From assembly GCA_004764695.1 (NCBI GenBank), contig SMSO01000005.1:1426001-1490000 (forward strand): 64,000 nt of DNA. The letters are read 5' to 3'. Both the position numbers and the translations under genes were made by a program. Below the pieces are notes generated by a model that did not search any database, was not told the origin of the DNA, and saw only the letters and a program-made list of their open reading frames with translations. Shown piece after piece: positions 51,477 to 61,974 of this stretch (its first letter is position 1; each line of letters opens with the position of its first letter). Source of the DNA: Schizochytrium sp. TIO01 (Eukaryota; Protista; Bigyra: Labyrinthulomycetes).

Positions 51477-52903
51477 GGCACATCTGCCATGCTGACGTGA
51501 GCTCAAAAAAAAACTCTCGGGGGGGGGGGGGGGAGGGAGAGAACATAGGAGAGAACAAGCGAAAATATGGAGGTAAATTCCTCTTCTCCTTACAAAAACA
51601 TTGTGTTGGCGAGTTTTCTGATGTGCATTTTATAGGTTAAATGGTGTTATATGTGGGACGTGATATAGCATTTAGCGTTAAATCCTAAGTCTTAATTAGT
51701 TTTGTTACTGGTTTTAGAAAGAATACACAGTGGTGACTCTCCTCTCTTTCCACTGAATATAATTAAGTCTACTGCTACTGGGTCTCCTCGCAAGGTATAT
51801 ACAATAGAGCTTTATAGTTGCACAATAACAATTGTTGTGTTTGTATATTTAAATTACACAGAAACAACAGCAGACTATTATTCTCAACAATTTGCGAACC
51901 TTGGCAAAGCGACTCAGGTTCCTGCGCTTGAACAATCAAAATGACGCGATATTAGACAAGTGAATGAAAGGCATTTTGGATAGAGAAGTATTTCTTAGTT
52001 TTGAGAGATCGATTTAAAGACTTAATCACTTCATAAATGAATAATCAACCAAGGAAAGCAAGCAATTTTGAGCATATTCTCATAACTTTTGGGACGAAGT
52101 AGGAGAAATGGTCTCAAGTTTAGAGTTACTCGATAACAACTAGTGCAAAACATCCACTCAACCCATCCAAACAGATTATTTGAGGTTCTTGCTTTATTTG
52201 CTTTACTACTTTTAAGTATTTTGACAAAGGAGCACCCTTAAAGATACTGATTCCTCTATAAATGACCATGTGTTTCACAGCAGCTTCTCAACTTCAGTTG
52301 ATATGAATATAATGTAGTCTCGGCATCATTTTGATCCTTATCTGTCATCCAAGTAGCCGGAGTATACTAGTATAGATCCTCGCATAAAGAGTTCGAAAGA
52401 TGAAAGATCATACTAGGAAAACATTAAAGTGGCATGAACTGAGGCTCCTCTGCATCGTTCTTGTGATTTTTTCAGATTCGATTTAGTAGTTGTGAGTGAA
52501 ATTTATAAAAGGAAAAGTTGGAAGCCTATATATATTGGCGTATCTCTATCTCATGGATTTGCTGATTGGAAAGTCTTAAAAATCTACAAATTAAGAAGTG
52601 CTACTATTTTGTTTGTGAACTCTTGAACTCTACATAGCAAATATTCAGTTATGTAAAGTAGAATGGGATAGATCTTAATGGTTTTGCTAGAACATCACAT
52701 GTATGAGTAAACTAGCCAGGGATGAAGAGGCCAAAATATCAAGTTGAACTGCTTGCAGAAATGACATGTTTGACTCTTGGTTGGTTTAGAACAGAACATT
52801 GTTATAGAACGTTCCATAATACTTCACACTAGCTCAGAATCGTTCTAAGCGCGAGCTTTCTCTCTTTTGGAAGAGAGCCTTTTGTCAGCTTGGCAGATGA
52901 GTG
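51477..52903 (+). mobile_element. Non-autonomous (MITE-like) derivative of the 2275-8510 transposon family
   Basis: 51477-51795 is clearly homologous to 2275-2585, and 52787-52903 to 8368-8510. TIRs are GGCACATCTGCCATGCTGAC / GTCAGCTTGGCAGATGAGTG. The interior has no long ORF and there is no intact TSD. Confidence 0.88.
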
Positions 52904-53975
52904 CTTACTAGTAGAAGTGATACATACCTAGGTACTGACTCACCCAATTAAGACGTAATTTTTATTTCTAAAATTCATAGGCCAGCTACAATCCTTGGTG
53001 TATTACTTGCTATATCCCCCACCAAAACTCCTTTTTCAATTTCAACAGAAGTGTCAAGTCATATCTAAACCTCATATATAATTCTTTATGCTAGGATCGC
53101 CTTACCAGGAACACCGAATAAATCACCATCAACCTCTCCGACCCAAAGCACAATCTCTGCTAGTTTAGTGATAGAAGTGAGCTCATTGGGACGAGCCTAT
53201 GTTCAAGTGATTTCCCTGCCGTCAGATCGTGTACGCAGTTAAATTTTGCATCTTTTCAATGGCAAGAGATATATGTAAAGTTATCTTTATTTTATTCCAA
53301 AAACTTGTTCTACTCTGATTTCACATGACAAAAGTTGCCAATGATCTGCGTTTACCAGTGCAATCATTTATTCGATCGGGCACTCCTTGCTAAACATATT
53401 TATAAGCATTGCCATCTTTCCTCACATAAAACAAGTGCAAGGAAACTTGCAGAGTCTTCGTCGTCCAGACACTTGCGCGGTATATGGGTTCTGATCGAGG
53501 TGGAAGTTTGTTTGGCCATTCCCTGGCCCTTCTGTTGTGTTCCGTGTTCTTGAAATGAAGTAAAGCCGCGTCAATGTTGGCTCTGTGAACCTCATTTCGA
53601 ACAAGAATTATTTTATTCCTTCATCACATTATCCACGATATCTCTAGGTACTCGCTTAACGCCAACTTGCAAAGTAACCAACAAATTCAACTCAAGAAAA
53701 AATAACTTTTACACTATGCAGGGGTAGGGGCGCCCCAGCTCATGGATGAATTTTCTTCATCTCAAGGTTTACTTGTAAAAGGTATTTACTTCAAAAGTGT
53801 AATAATCTCACTGAATAATTCTATTCAGTAAATTTAAATATATTGAGTTTCCTGCTACTTTCATGTGCCGAAGGCCGAATCCAATAAGCATCGCTTATCA
53901 CTCACGTGAGAAAACAAAAACACCAGATCTAAGTACTAACCTTATCCTTTACTCCATGTCCCTAGAACATTTTGT

Positions 53976-54354
53976 TTAACCTTGCTGCTCTTAAACTTCA
54001 CTTATCACCCATGTTTTATATTTTACATATTTCAACATAACGAATCTATCACAATAAGATACAACTAACAATTCCCAGCATCATAATATTGTCACTATAA
54101 CAAATAATTCCATTATTAAAACAAAAGAAACTTAAAATCAGAGTATACAGAGATTACTCAAGACAATTAACTTTGCCGCTCCTCAACTTCACTTATTATC
54201 CACGTTTTGAATTTTACATATTTAAACATAACGGATCTATCACAATAAGATACAACTAACAATTTCCAGTATCATAATAGCATCACTATAATAAATAATT
54301 TCAGTATCAAAACAACAGAAACTTTTAAAAGGGTATATAGAGATGGCTCAAGAC
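53976..54354. repeat. 191-bp diverged tandem duplication
   Basis: TTAAC.TTGC.GCTC..AACTTCACTTAT...CTCAAGAC begins at 53976 and at 54167. Confidence 0.85.
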
Positions 54355-54964
54355 CTCTTGAATTAAACATGCATTGAATAGCTGAATCTGAGTCCAGATA
54401 AAACTCGAGTAATTCTCAAAATTGGTGGCCAGGAATGAATCAGTGTTTTCGCAGCCTTGGGTGTCCCTGGTACTAACACGACACATCAGATTACATGCAA
54501 GTCTTTGTCAGTATTTTAAAACTTACAATCACTATTTCTGCAGTTCTACACCTTTCACGCCATCATATAGAGATAAACTAAGCATGAAAATCATATTTGT
54601 AAGAATATTCTCCGTCTTCACTTGTGTCCCTCCTACGAACCGATGCACTTGAGGTAAACTGAAATCTCACATTCTAACTGTACGCATCTATTCCTATTAT
54701 CTAATTGGGGGGGGGGGGTACTCAGAAGTGTAGTCTGCACAGGCTTCGAATGATTTCAATCTTCTATGGGTACTCGAGAACATCCAGAAAGTGTAACCCG
54801 GACAAGCTAAGGTCTCTCCTGAATTTATGTGCGCCGCCATACTCCATAGCAACCAAGGAGAAATGTAGTCTCGCCAGGTTTGGGTCCTCTCGAGTTTCCT
54901 ACCAAATGCCTAAGAAATGTAGTATAGGTGGGTATTACAGTATTCTAATTTTACATATGTGGTG

Positions 54965-55460
54965 CGTGAGAACATTCACAAGGTGTGATCTGGGCAGGCC
55001 CGGGCCTATCCTGAAGTTATATGAGGTACGCAACCACATCCAGGAAGTGCAGAAGGGAACAGGCCCTGGTCTATGCTTATTTTATATGAGGTACTCAAGA
55101 ATATCAACTTTTCAAGATCATCTGCGGCATTTTAAAGCCCTCCTTTACGTAGACGAAAAACATTTTCAGAATTCATGCAATGATTTCAAGTAGCACTCAT
55201 TCACATTTATAAGGTGTACTCGTGAGAACATTCACAAAGTGTGATCTGGGCAGGCCCGGGCCTATCCTGAAGTTATATGAGGTACGCAAACACATCCAAG
55301 AAGTGTAGAAGGGACAGGCTTTGGTCTATGCTTATTTTATATGAGGTACTCAAGAATATCAACTTTCCAAGATCATCTGCGGCATTTTAAAGCCCTCCTT
55401 TACGTAGACGAAAAACATTTTCAGAATTCATGCAATGATTTTAAGTAGCATTCATTTATC
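54965..55460. repeat. About 256-bp tandem repeat x2 upstream of vWA gene copy 1
   Basis: CGTGAGAACATTCACAA.GTGTGATCTGGGCAGGCCCGGGCC at 54965 and 55221. Confidence 0.92.
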
Positions 55461-55641
55461 AGATGTACACTGGTTTATTACACAAGAGAGGCCAGGCAGA
55501 GAAGACATAGTAGAGACCTTACAATGATACATGTCCCTATAATTGAAACCCAGAGAAAAATGGCAACAGCTCAAATATCTCGAATCGAGGTACAGCAGAA
55601 CCGAAACGCAGCATTGAGATCGAACGAAACCACTTCCCTCC

Positions 55642-57786
55642 ATGGCGAAGATCAGTAACATTTGGTGGGGCTGCCTAGGAGCAGTCGCCGCAGTGCTACT
55701 CACTGCTTACGATGCTACTGCAGCTTCTGGCAATGCATTTACTTGCAATCCCCGCGACATCGTTATGCTGGTTGATGAGACTGGCATGACGAATAGTGAG
55801 TTCAAGAAGGTAGAAAATCTTGCGAAGGCTGTAATTTCAGACTTCAACGTTGGAATTGACAGCGATGATGACCGTTTTGCTCTATACGGCTTCACAAATG
55901 AAATCAAGCACGAATTCAACTTTGGCTCTATCAAGAATGCCAACAAGCTGAAGAAATTCATCAAGAAGCTCTCTCCAATCAGCTACGGCGTCGCTAGTCT
56001 TCCTACGGCATTGGAGCATGCCCTGGAAAAGTTGAACAAATTTGGACGCGATTCGGCCCAGAAGGTTGTCATCGTCGTCTCAGGAAGCTTCTATGAGATT
56101 TCCTCTGACCAAACATCTGTCGTCGGTGTTTGTGATAACATTGCCGCCATTGGCGATCTGACGGAAGATTCTTTGGCTGAGTGCGTGGAAAACTTCTTGG
56201 ATGAGGCTATGGATGACGAGGTTATCATGATTCATGTCCCTACATCTGCTTCAGCAGGTGACGACAGTGTCCAAGAAGTTACCACTTCCGCTGAAGCCAA
56301 CTACGCGACTTGCCCCGGTCACCCTACGGCTAGCCCTACCACCAGCTCGCCCACTGTAAGCCCTACCACCAGCTCGCCCACTGTAAGCCCTACCACCAGC
56401 TCGCCCACTGTAAGCCCTACCACCAGCGAGCCCACTGCGAGCCCTACATCTGCGCCCACTCTAGACACCAGCTGCTACGTTTGGGGAAAGAAGTACACTA
56501 GCACGATCGGCATTACAGGTGTTAAGAACCCGACCAAGAAAATCAGATCTTCTACAGCATGTGGCGAGTTGTGCTTTGAGACAGATGGGTGCGAGTTCTT
56601 CACTTACCAGGTCAAAGGCAAGAAATGCTACATGTACTCAGCTGCAGGATCTTCGGCAAACAAGAAGGTGACTAGCTACGTCTCAGGTACCAAATCCTGC
56701 GAGACCCGCTCTGTTGAGGGCACTACTGCTGCGCCAACTACTGCTGCGCCAACTACTGCTGCGCCAACTACTGCTGCGCCAACTACTGCTGCGCCAACTA
56801 CTGCTGCCCCAACTACTGCTGCGCCAACTACTGCTGCCCCAACTACTGCTGCGCCAACTACTGCTGCGCCAACTACTGCTGCGCCAACAATCTATTCACT
56901 GGAAAACGCGCTCATTGCAGATGAAATCACTCTGTCTTCGCCGTACTCCGTGAGTTTCAAATTTACTCTCAACGCCATTAACGATGTAAGCCCTCAGGCT
57001 ATCATTCATCGCGGTAAAGCCAAGACCAGCAAGAACTTATATCATCGTCAGCCAGCGGTCTTTGTTTCCAAGGGTAAGCAAACCCTTTTGTTACGTAGCA
57101 ATGTAAATGGCGGCAAAAATAATGGAGAAGGTTGCGAAACAACCATTGCGCTAGACTTTGGAGTGGAGTACCAAATCAAGGTCTTTGTGGAAGAAGGCAA
57201 TGTAATGCAGCTCTGGATCAACGATGACCTTGGTTGCCAAGTTGAAACCTCAGGATCGCTAAATGACATGGATACTGCCTACCCGCTCTATACTGGAGGC
57301 TTTGATGGCTTCCCAACCGCACATGGTACTGTCTCCGATGTGTCTTGGGATATTGTTTCCGATGAAGACTCTGAAGATAGCACCGGAGACGAGGACTCTG
57401 AAGATAGCACCGGAGACGAGGACGCTGAAGAGAGCACCGGAGACGAGGACGCTGAAGAGAGCACCGGAGACGAGGACGCTGAAGAGAGCACCGGAGACGA
57501 GGACGCTGAAGAGAGCACCGGAGACGAGGACGCTGAAGATAGCACCGGAGACGAGGACGCTGAAGAGAGCACCGGAGACGAGGACGCTGAAGAGAGCACC
57601 GGAGACGAGGACGCTGAAGAGAGCACCGGAGACGAGGACGCTGAAGAGAGCACCGGAGACGAGGACGCTGAAGAGAGCACCGGAGACGAGGACGCTGAAG
57701 AGAGCACCGGAGACGAGGACGCTGAAGAGAGCACCGGAGACGAGGACGCTGAAGGCGTAAACCGTCTTCGTAGATCTCTTCGTTGA
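55642..57786 (+). CDS. Secreted modular adhesin-like protein: signal peptide, vWA, S/T/P linker, PAN/Apple, (TTAAP)11, LamG/ConA-like, (STGDEDAEE)14; copy 1
   Basis: Hydrophobic N-terminus; [10 protein letters not shown] / RFALYGF / KVVIVVS vWA strands; six-Cys PAN pattern (C..CGELC..CEFFTY..CYMY..C); beta-rich QLWINDD...LYTGG domain; 27-bp acidic repeats; no TM segment. Confidence 0.85.
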   Translation: MAKISNIWWGCLGAVAAVLLTAYDATAASGNAFTCNPRDIVMLVDETGMTNSEFKKVENLAKAVISDFNVGIDSDDDRFALYGFTNEIKHEFNFGSIKNANKLKKFIKKLSPISYGVASLPTALEHALEKLNKFGRDSAQKVVIVVSGSFYEISSDQTSVVGVCDNIAAIGDLTEDSLAECVENFLDEAMDDEVIMIHVPTSASAGDDSVQEVTTSAEANYATCPGHPTASPTTSSPTVSPTTSSPTVSPTTSSPTVSPTTSEPTASPTSAPTLDTSCYVWGKKYTSTIGITGVKNPTKKIRSSTACGELCFETDGCEFFTYQVKGKKCYMYSAAGSSANKKVTSYVSGTKSCETRSVEGTTAAPTTAAPTTAAPTTAAPTTAAPTTAAPTTAAPTTAAPTTAAPTTAAPTTAAPTIYSLENALIADEITLSSPYSVSFKFTLNAINDVSPQAIIHRGKAKTSKNLYHRQPAVFVSKGKQTLLLRSNVNGGKNNGEGCETTIALDFGVEYQIKVFVEEGNVMQLWINDDLGCQVETSGSLNDMDTAYPLYTGGFDGFPTAHGTVSDVSWDIVSDEDSEDSTGDEDSEDSTGDEDAEESTGDEDAEESTGDEDAEESTGDEDAEESTGDEDAEDSTGDEDAEESTGDEDAEESTGDEDAEESTGDEDAEESTGDEDAEESTGDEDAEESTGDEDAEESTGDEDAEGVNRLRRSLR

Positions 57787-58917
57787 TTTCATTGAGATGC
57801 TTGACAGATGCGGTCTTTGCGATTAGCGTTTTAATCCATTTGCTTCTCAGTTTGTGTCAACATGTGGGATAGACTAGAAACTTGAGTTTGCTCTAAAGCG
57901 AGCATACAACCAACTACCAATTTGGCCATTCCCGTGCCATATGTTTGTAGCGGGTCCCACGGCTTACACATAGTTCGTCTTAGATTTCGTTGTGTCTCCA
58001 AGTTCCTAAAACGATAATAAATTTGGAAATTGTCTTTAACTTGTACCGAAAAGCAGGTCCCAGCAAACTGTAAACTCAGGTTTACAACAACTTTATCATA
58101 AGCGCGAGGACAAAGCTCGAATTGCGCTCGGAGAGGTTGTGATCGCGAGCGGTGTGAAACTTTGCGGCGCTGTAGAGAAGGAATTTGAAGCGCTGGTGAA
58201 ATCTAGAATGGACGCCGCAGAACTTTAAGAAACGACGTGAAGATGCTCGGGAGGAGGCCTCGAGGCTACGAGATCTAGACAAAGATCTCGAAGACAATTT
58301 GGCGCAGGTATGTCTTCGACATCAGTGCCGACGTCTTCGCAAGCCGAAGCAAGAGCTAGCTTGTTGGACAGAGCAGACAACACAAACTGAGAGAGCAGCG
58401 CAAAGCAGAAGCCTCCAGAGAACAACAAGATACGGCTATGTCTTCAAAAACCTCCCCGCATTTTGTTTGTTTTATCTTAACAGTGCCTATCTTCTATACT
58501 TTTTTTTTCTTTTTTCTTCTTTTTCTATTCTGTATTACTCAAAAGATAATCATATATGAAAAATCGAAACTTTCTGTGTAAATGGGCTCTTGCTCTGTTT
58601 TTGCAGTGGAGAGTTGAACGCCTGCTTGCTTGCTTTCCCTAAAGTTCGTAAAGGAGTCGATGTTTTGTAGCCTAATTGTTTGTAAGTGTTTGTAAATGTT
58701 AAACTTTCCGCCTGAAGAAAGTTTAGTCCAAACTCAAGTGCACAACCAACAAGCGCACTAATTTTAATCAAGCATTGTAAAAGAACTTCAGAATGTGTTG
58801 AACGTGGCAAGAGTAGTATTTAAATTCGTAAAAGAGGCCGGCTATGTAAGTTCAAGTTCGGACAATGTTCTCAAACGCTCCTGGCATATTTTCTCACGCA
58901 AGGAAGCCTTGGTCTAA

Positions 58918-59380
58918 TTACATGGACGCGTCGTGGCTGTGGTTTTGCTGGCTGGCGAGGTGCTGCTTGAGGTGCTGCTGAACGGCAGCAACAGGGTTTG
59001 CAGCCATGGACGGGTGCTTGAGCACCTGTTTAAAAAGGGAGACTTCAGCCAATTGGATTTGCTTGCGTGCCTTGTTACGAAGCTTTTTCTGGGAAGGCTT
59101 GTTGTTGCGTCCAGCAAACGCCTTCTTTGCATCTTGCTGAGCCTTCTGCGCGCGAAGAGCGTTGATCTCACCCAGACTCTGGCTCAAAGCCTCACTCAAA
59201 GTCTGAACATTGCCAAGAGCCTCGCCGTGCTTGCGCACAGCCTGCTCGACTTGAATCTCGCGTTTGGATTCACGGAGTTTACCAAGGAACCTTTCCCGTT
59301 TGTTTTCACGACGTTCACGTGCAGCCTCCACGCCAGAAGGCATTTTGCGTTTCACTTTGCCATCGTTACTGTTGTTGTTG

Positions 59381-59420
<40 letters not shown>

Positions 59421-59550
59421 CAGCTCCGTTGTCAACTTGGTCCTCACCACCACGTGTCTTGGCTGCAGCCAGTGAGGTCGGTTTCTCACCAAGCACAAGA
59501 TCGTTGCGCAAGGCCTTGCGTACACTGCTCTTCCTGCGAATCTTTGGCAT
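58918..59550 (-). CDS. SLX9: Ribosome biogenesis factor SLX9/FAM207A homolog
   Basis: Basic 210-aa protein with KRERFLGKL and the C-terminal motif EVSLFKQVLKHPSMAANPVAAVQQHL. Confidence 0.8.
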
Positions 59551-59756
59551 TTTTGTCTATCCTGGTCAGTGGTCCGGGCCTAACTCGGGAACAGTCTACA
59601 GGAGCTTTGGTTTTTGCTGCCTACTAGTTCTGTGTTGATTTGCTCTTACAATTTGGTGATTTCTTCAATTCTACTAATATTGAGTGAGAGCGAGGTAATG
59701 GCTGGTTAGTGTTGCATTCCATAGCAATCAAAAGACCATCCTAATCTTAATTGCTG

Positions 59757-60107
59757 AGTTTAGTTTAGTTTAGTTTAGTTTAGTTTAGTTTAGTTTAGTT
59801 TAGTTTAGTTTAGTTTAGTTTAGTTTAGTTTAGTTTAGTTTAGTTTAGTTTAGTTTAGTTTAGTTTAGTTTAGTTTAGTTTAGTTTAGTTTAGTTTAGTT
59901 TAGTTTAGTTTAGTTTAGTTTAGTTTAGTTTAGTTTAGTTTAGTTTAGTTTAGTTTAGTTTAGTTTAGTTTAGTTTAGTTTAGTTTAGTTTAGTTTAGTT
60001 TAGTTTAGTTTACTTTACTTTACTTTACTTTACTTTACTTTACTTTACTTTACTTTACTTTACTTTACTTTACTTTACTTTACTTTACTTTACTTTACTT
60101 TACTTTA
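59757..60107. repeat. Compound pentamer microsatellite (AGTTT)n 59757-60012 then (CTTTA)n 60013-60107
   Basis: Direct reading. Confidence 0.98.
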
Positions 60108-61299
60108 TAATTTATGATGTAAGGGTAAGATGCAGTACCTATGAAAACCTTAGAACTTTTATAACCTCAAAGTGGTAGTGACTAGTCCATACAAATGACA
60201 TATTCTAATTATTGAGGTCTTTGTTCAGAAGTGGAGGCTAGGTAACAAAGTGGAATGGCCAAGGAACCTCCTTACTCCTAATACAACAACTGAAGCAAAC
60301 CTTCGGTTCAAATGATCAAAGTACTTCAACCAGGAGCTCAACAAGCCTGTGTGGTTCTTCAAAGAAAATCCCATGTACGCAAGTCACGACGTTGAGCGCT
60401 CCAATGGCTGCCGTTGTTCCGGAGGCTCTGAGCGACCTTACCATTATCCACACTAGAGCAAAACCAGAATTTCAACTACACCATGTTCCTGGAACATTTT
60501 GTTTAACTGTGCTGCTCTCGAACTTCACTTATTATCCATGTTTTGAATTTTACATATTTAAACATAACGGATCTATCACAATAAGATACAACTAACAATT
60601 TCCAGTGTCATAATAGCATCACTATAATAAATAATTTCAGTATCAAAACAACAGAAAGTTTTAAAAGGGTATATAGAGATGGCTCAAGACCTCTTGAATT
60701 AAACATGCATTGAATAGCTGAATCTGAGTCCAGATAAAACTCGAGTAATTCTCAAAATTGGTGGCCAGGAATGAATCAGTGTTTTCGCAGCCTTGGGTGT
60801 CCCTGGTACTAACATGACACATCAGATTACATGCAAGTCTTTGTCAGTATTTTAAAACTTACAATCACTATTTCTGCAGTTCTACACCTTTCACGCCATC
60901 ATATAGAGATAAACTAAGCATGAAAATCATATTTGTAAGAATATTCTCCGTCTTCACTTGTGTCCCTCCTACGAACCGATGCACTTGAGGTAAACTGAAA
61001 TCTCACATTCTAACTGTACGCATCTATTCCTATTATCTAATTGGGGGGAGGGGTACTCAGAAGTGTAGTCTGCACAGGCTTCGAATGATTTCAATCTTCT
61101 ATGGGTACTCGAGAACATCCAGAAAGTGTAACCCGGACAAGCTAAGGTCTCTCCTGAATTTATGTGTGCCGCCATACTCCATAGCAACCAAGGAGAAATG
61201 TAGTCTCGCCAGGTTTGGGTCCTCTCGAGTTTCCTACCAAATGCCTAAGAAATGTAGTATGGGTGGGTATTACAGTATTCTAATTTTACATATGTGGTG

Positions 61300-61795
61300 C
61301 GTGAGAACATTCACAAGGTGTGATCTGGGCAGGCCCGGGCCTATCCTGAAGTTATATGAGGTACGCAAACACATCCAAGAAGTGTAGAAGGAACAGGCTT
61401 TGGTCTATGCTTATTTTATATGAGGTACTCAAGAATATCAACTTTTCAAGATCATCTGCGGAATTTTAAAGCCCTCCTTTACATAGACGAAAATCATTTT
61501 CAGAATTCATGCAATGATTTTAAGTAGCATTCATTTACATTTATAAAGTGTACTCGTGAGAACATTTCACAAGGTGTGATCTGGGCAGGCCCGGGCCTAT
61601 CCTGAAGTTATATGAGGTACGCAAACACATCCAAGAAGTGTAGAAGGAACAGGCTTTGGTCTATGCTTATTTTATATGAGGTACTCAAGAATATCAACTT
61701 TCCAAGATCATCTGCGGCATTTTAAAGCCCTCCTTTACGTAGACGAAAAACATAGTCAAAATTCATGCAATGATTTTAAGTAGCATTCATTTATC
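61300..61795. repeat. About 255-bp tandem repeat x2 upstream of vWA gene copy 2
   Basis: Units start at 61300 and 61555. Confidence 0.92.
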
Positions 61796-61974
61796 AGGTG
61801 TACTGGTTTATTACACAAGAGAGGCCAGGCAGAGAAGACATAGTAGAGACCTTACAATGATACATGTCCCTATAATTGAAACCCAGAGAAAAATGGCAAC
61901 AGCTCAAATATCTCGAATCGAGGTACAGCAGAACCGAAACGCAGCATTGAGATCGAACGAAACCACTTCCCTCC

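Larger units (their letters stand above)
53954..57829 (+). repeat. Segmental duplication copy 1 (upstream region plus vWA gene)
   Basis: Near-identical from about 54170 onward to 60481-64000; the CDS starts are offset by 6333 bp. Confidence 0.95.

Noticed and set aside
51469-52913. TSD around the non-autonomous copy
   Set aside because: The flanking 8-mers differ in every register I tried.
54705-55460. CRISPR-like array
   Set aside because: Units are degenerate along their whole length with no constant-repeat/unique-spacer pattern, there are no cas genes, and the context is eukaryotic.
57259-57792. Alternative-frame and antisense repeat ORFs (also 56714-56953, 63074-63313, 63619-63997)
   Set aside because: Shadows of the coding minisatellites in the vWA genes.
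59757-60012. Telomeric repeat
   Set aside because: The array is interstitial, has only one G per unit, and is one of many simple repeats in the window.
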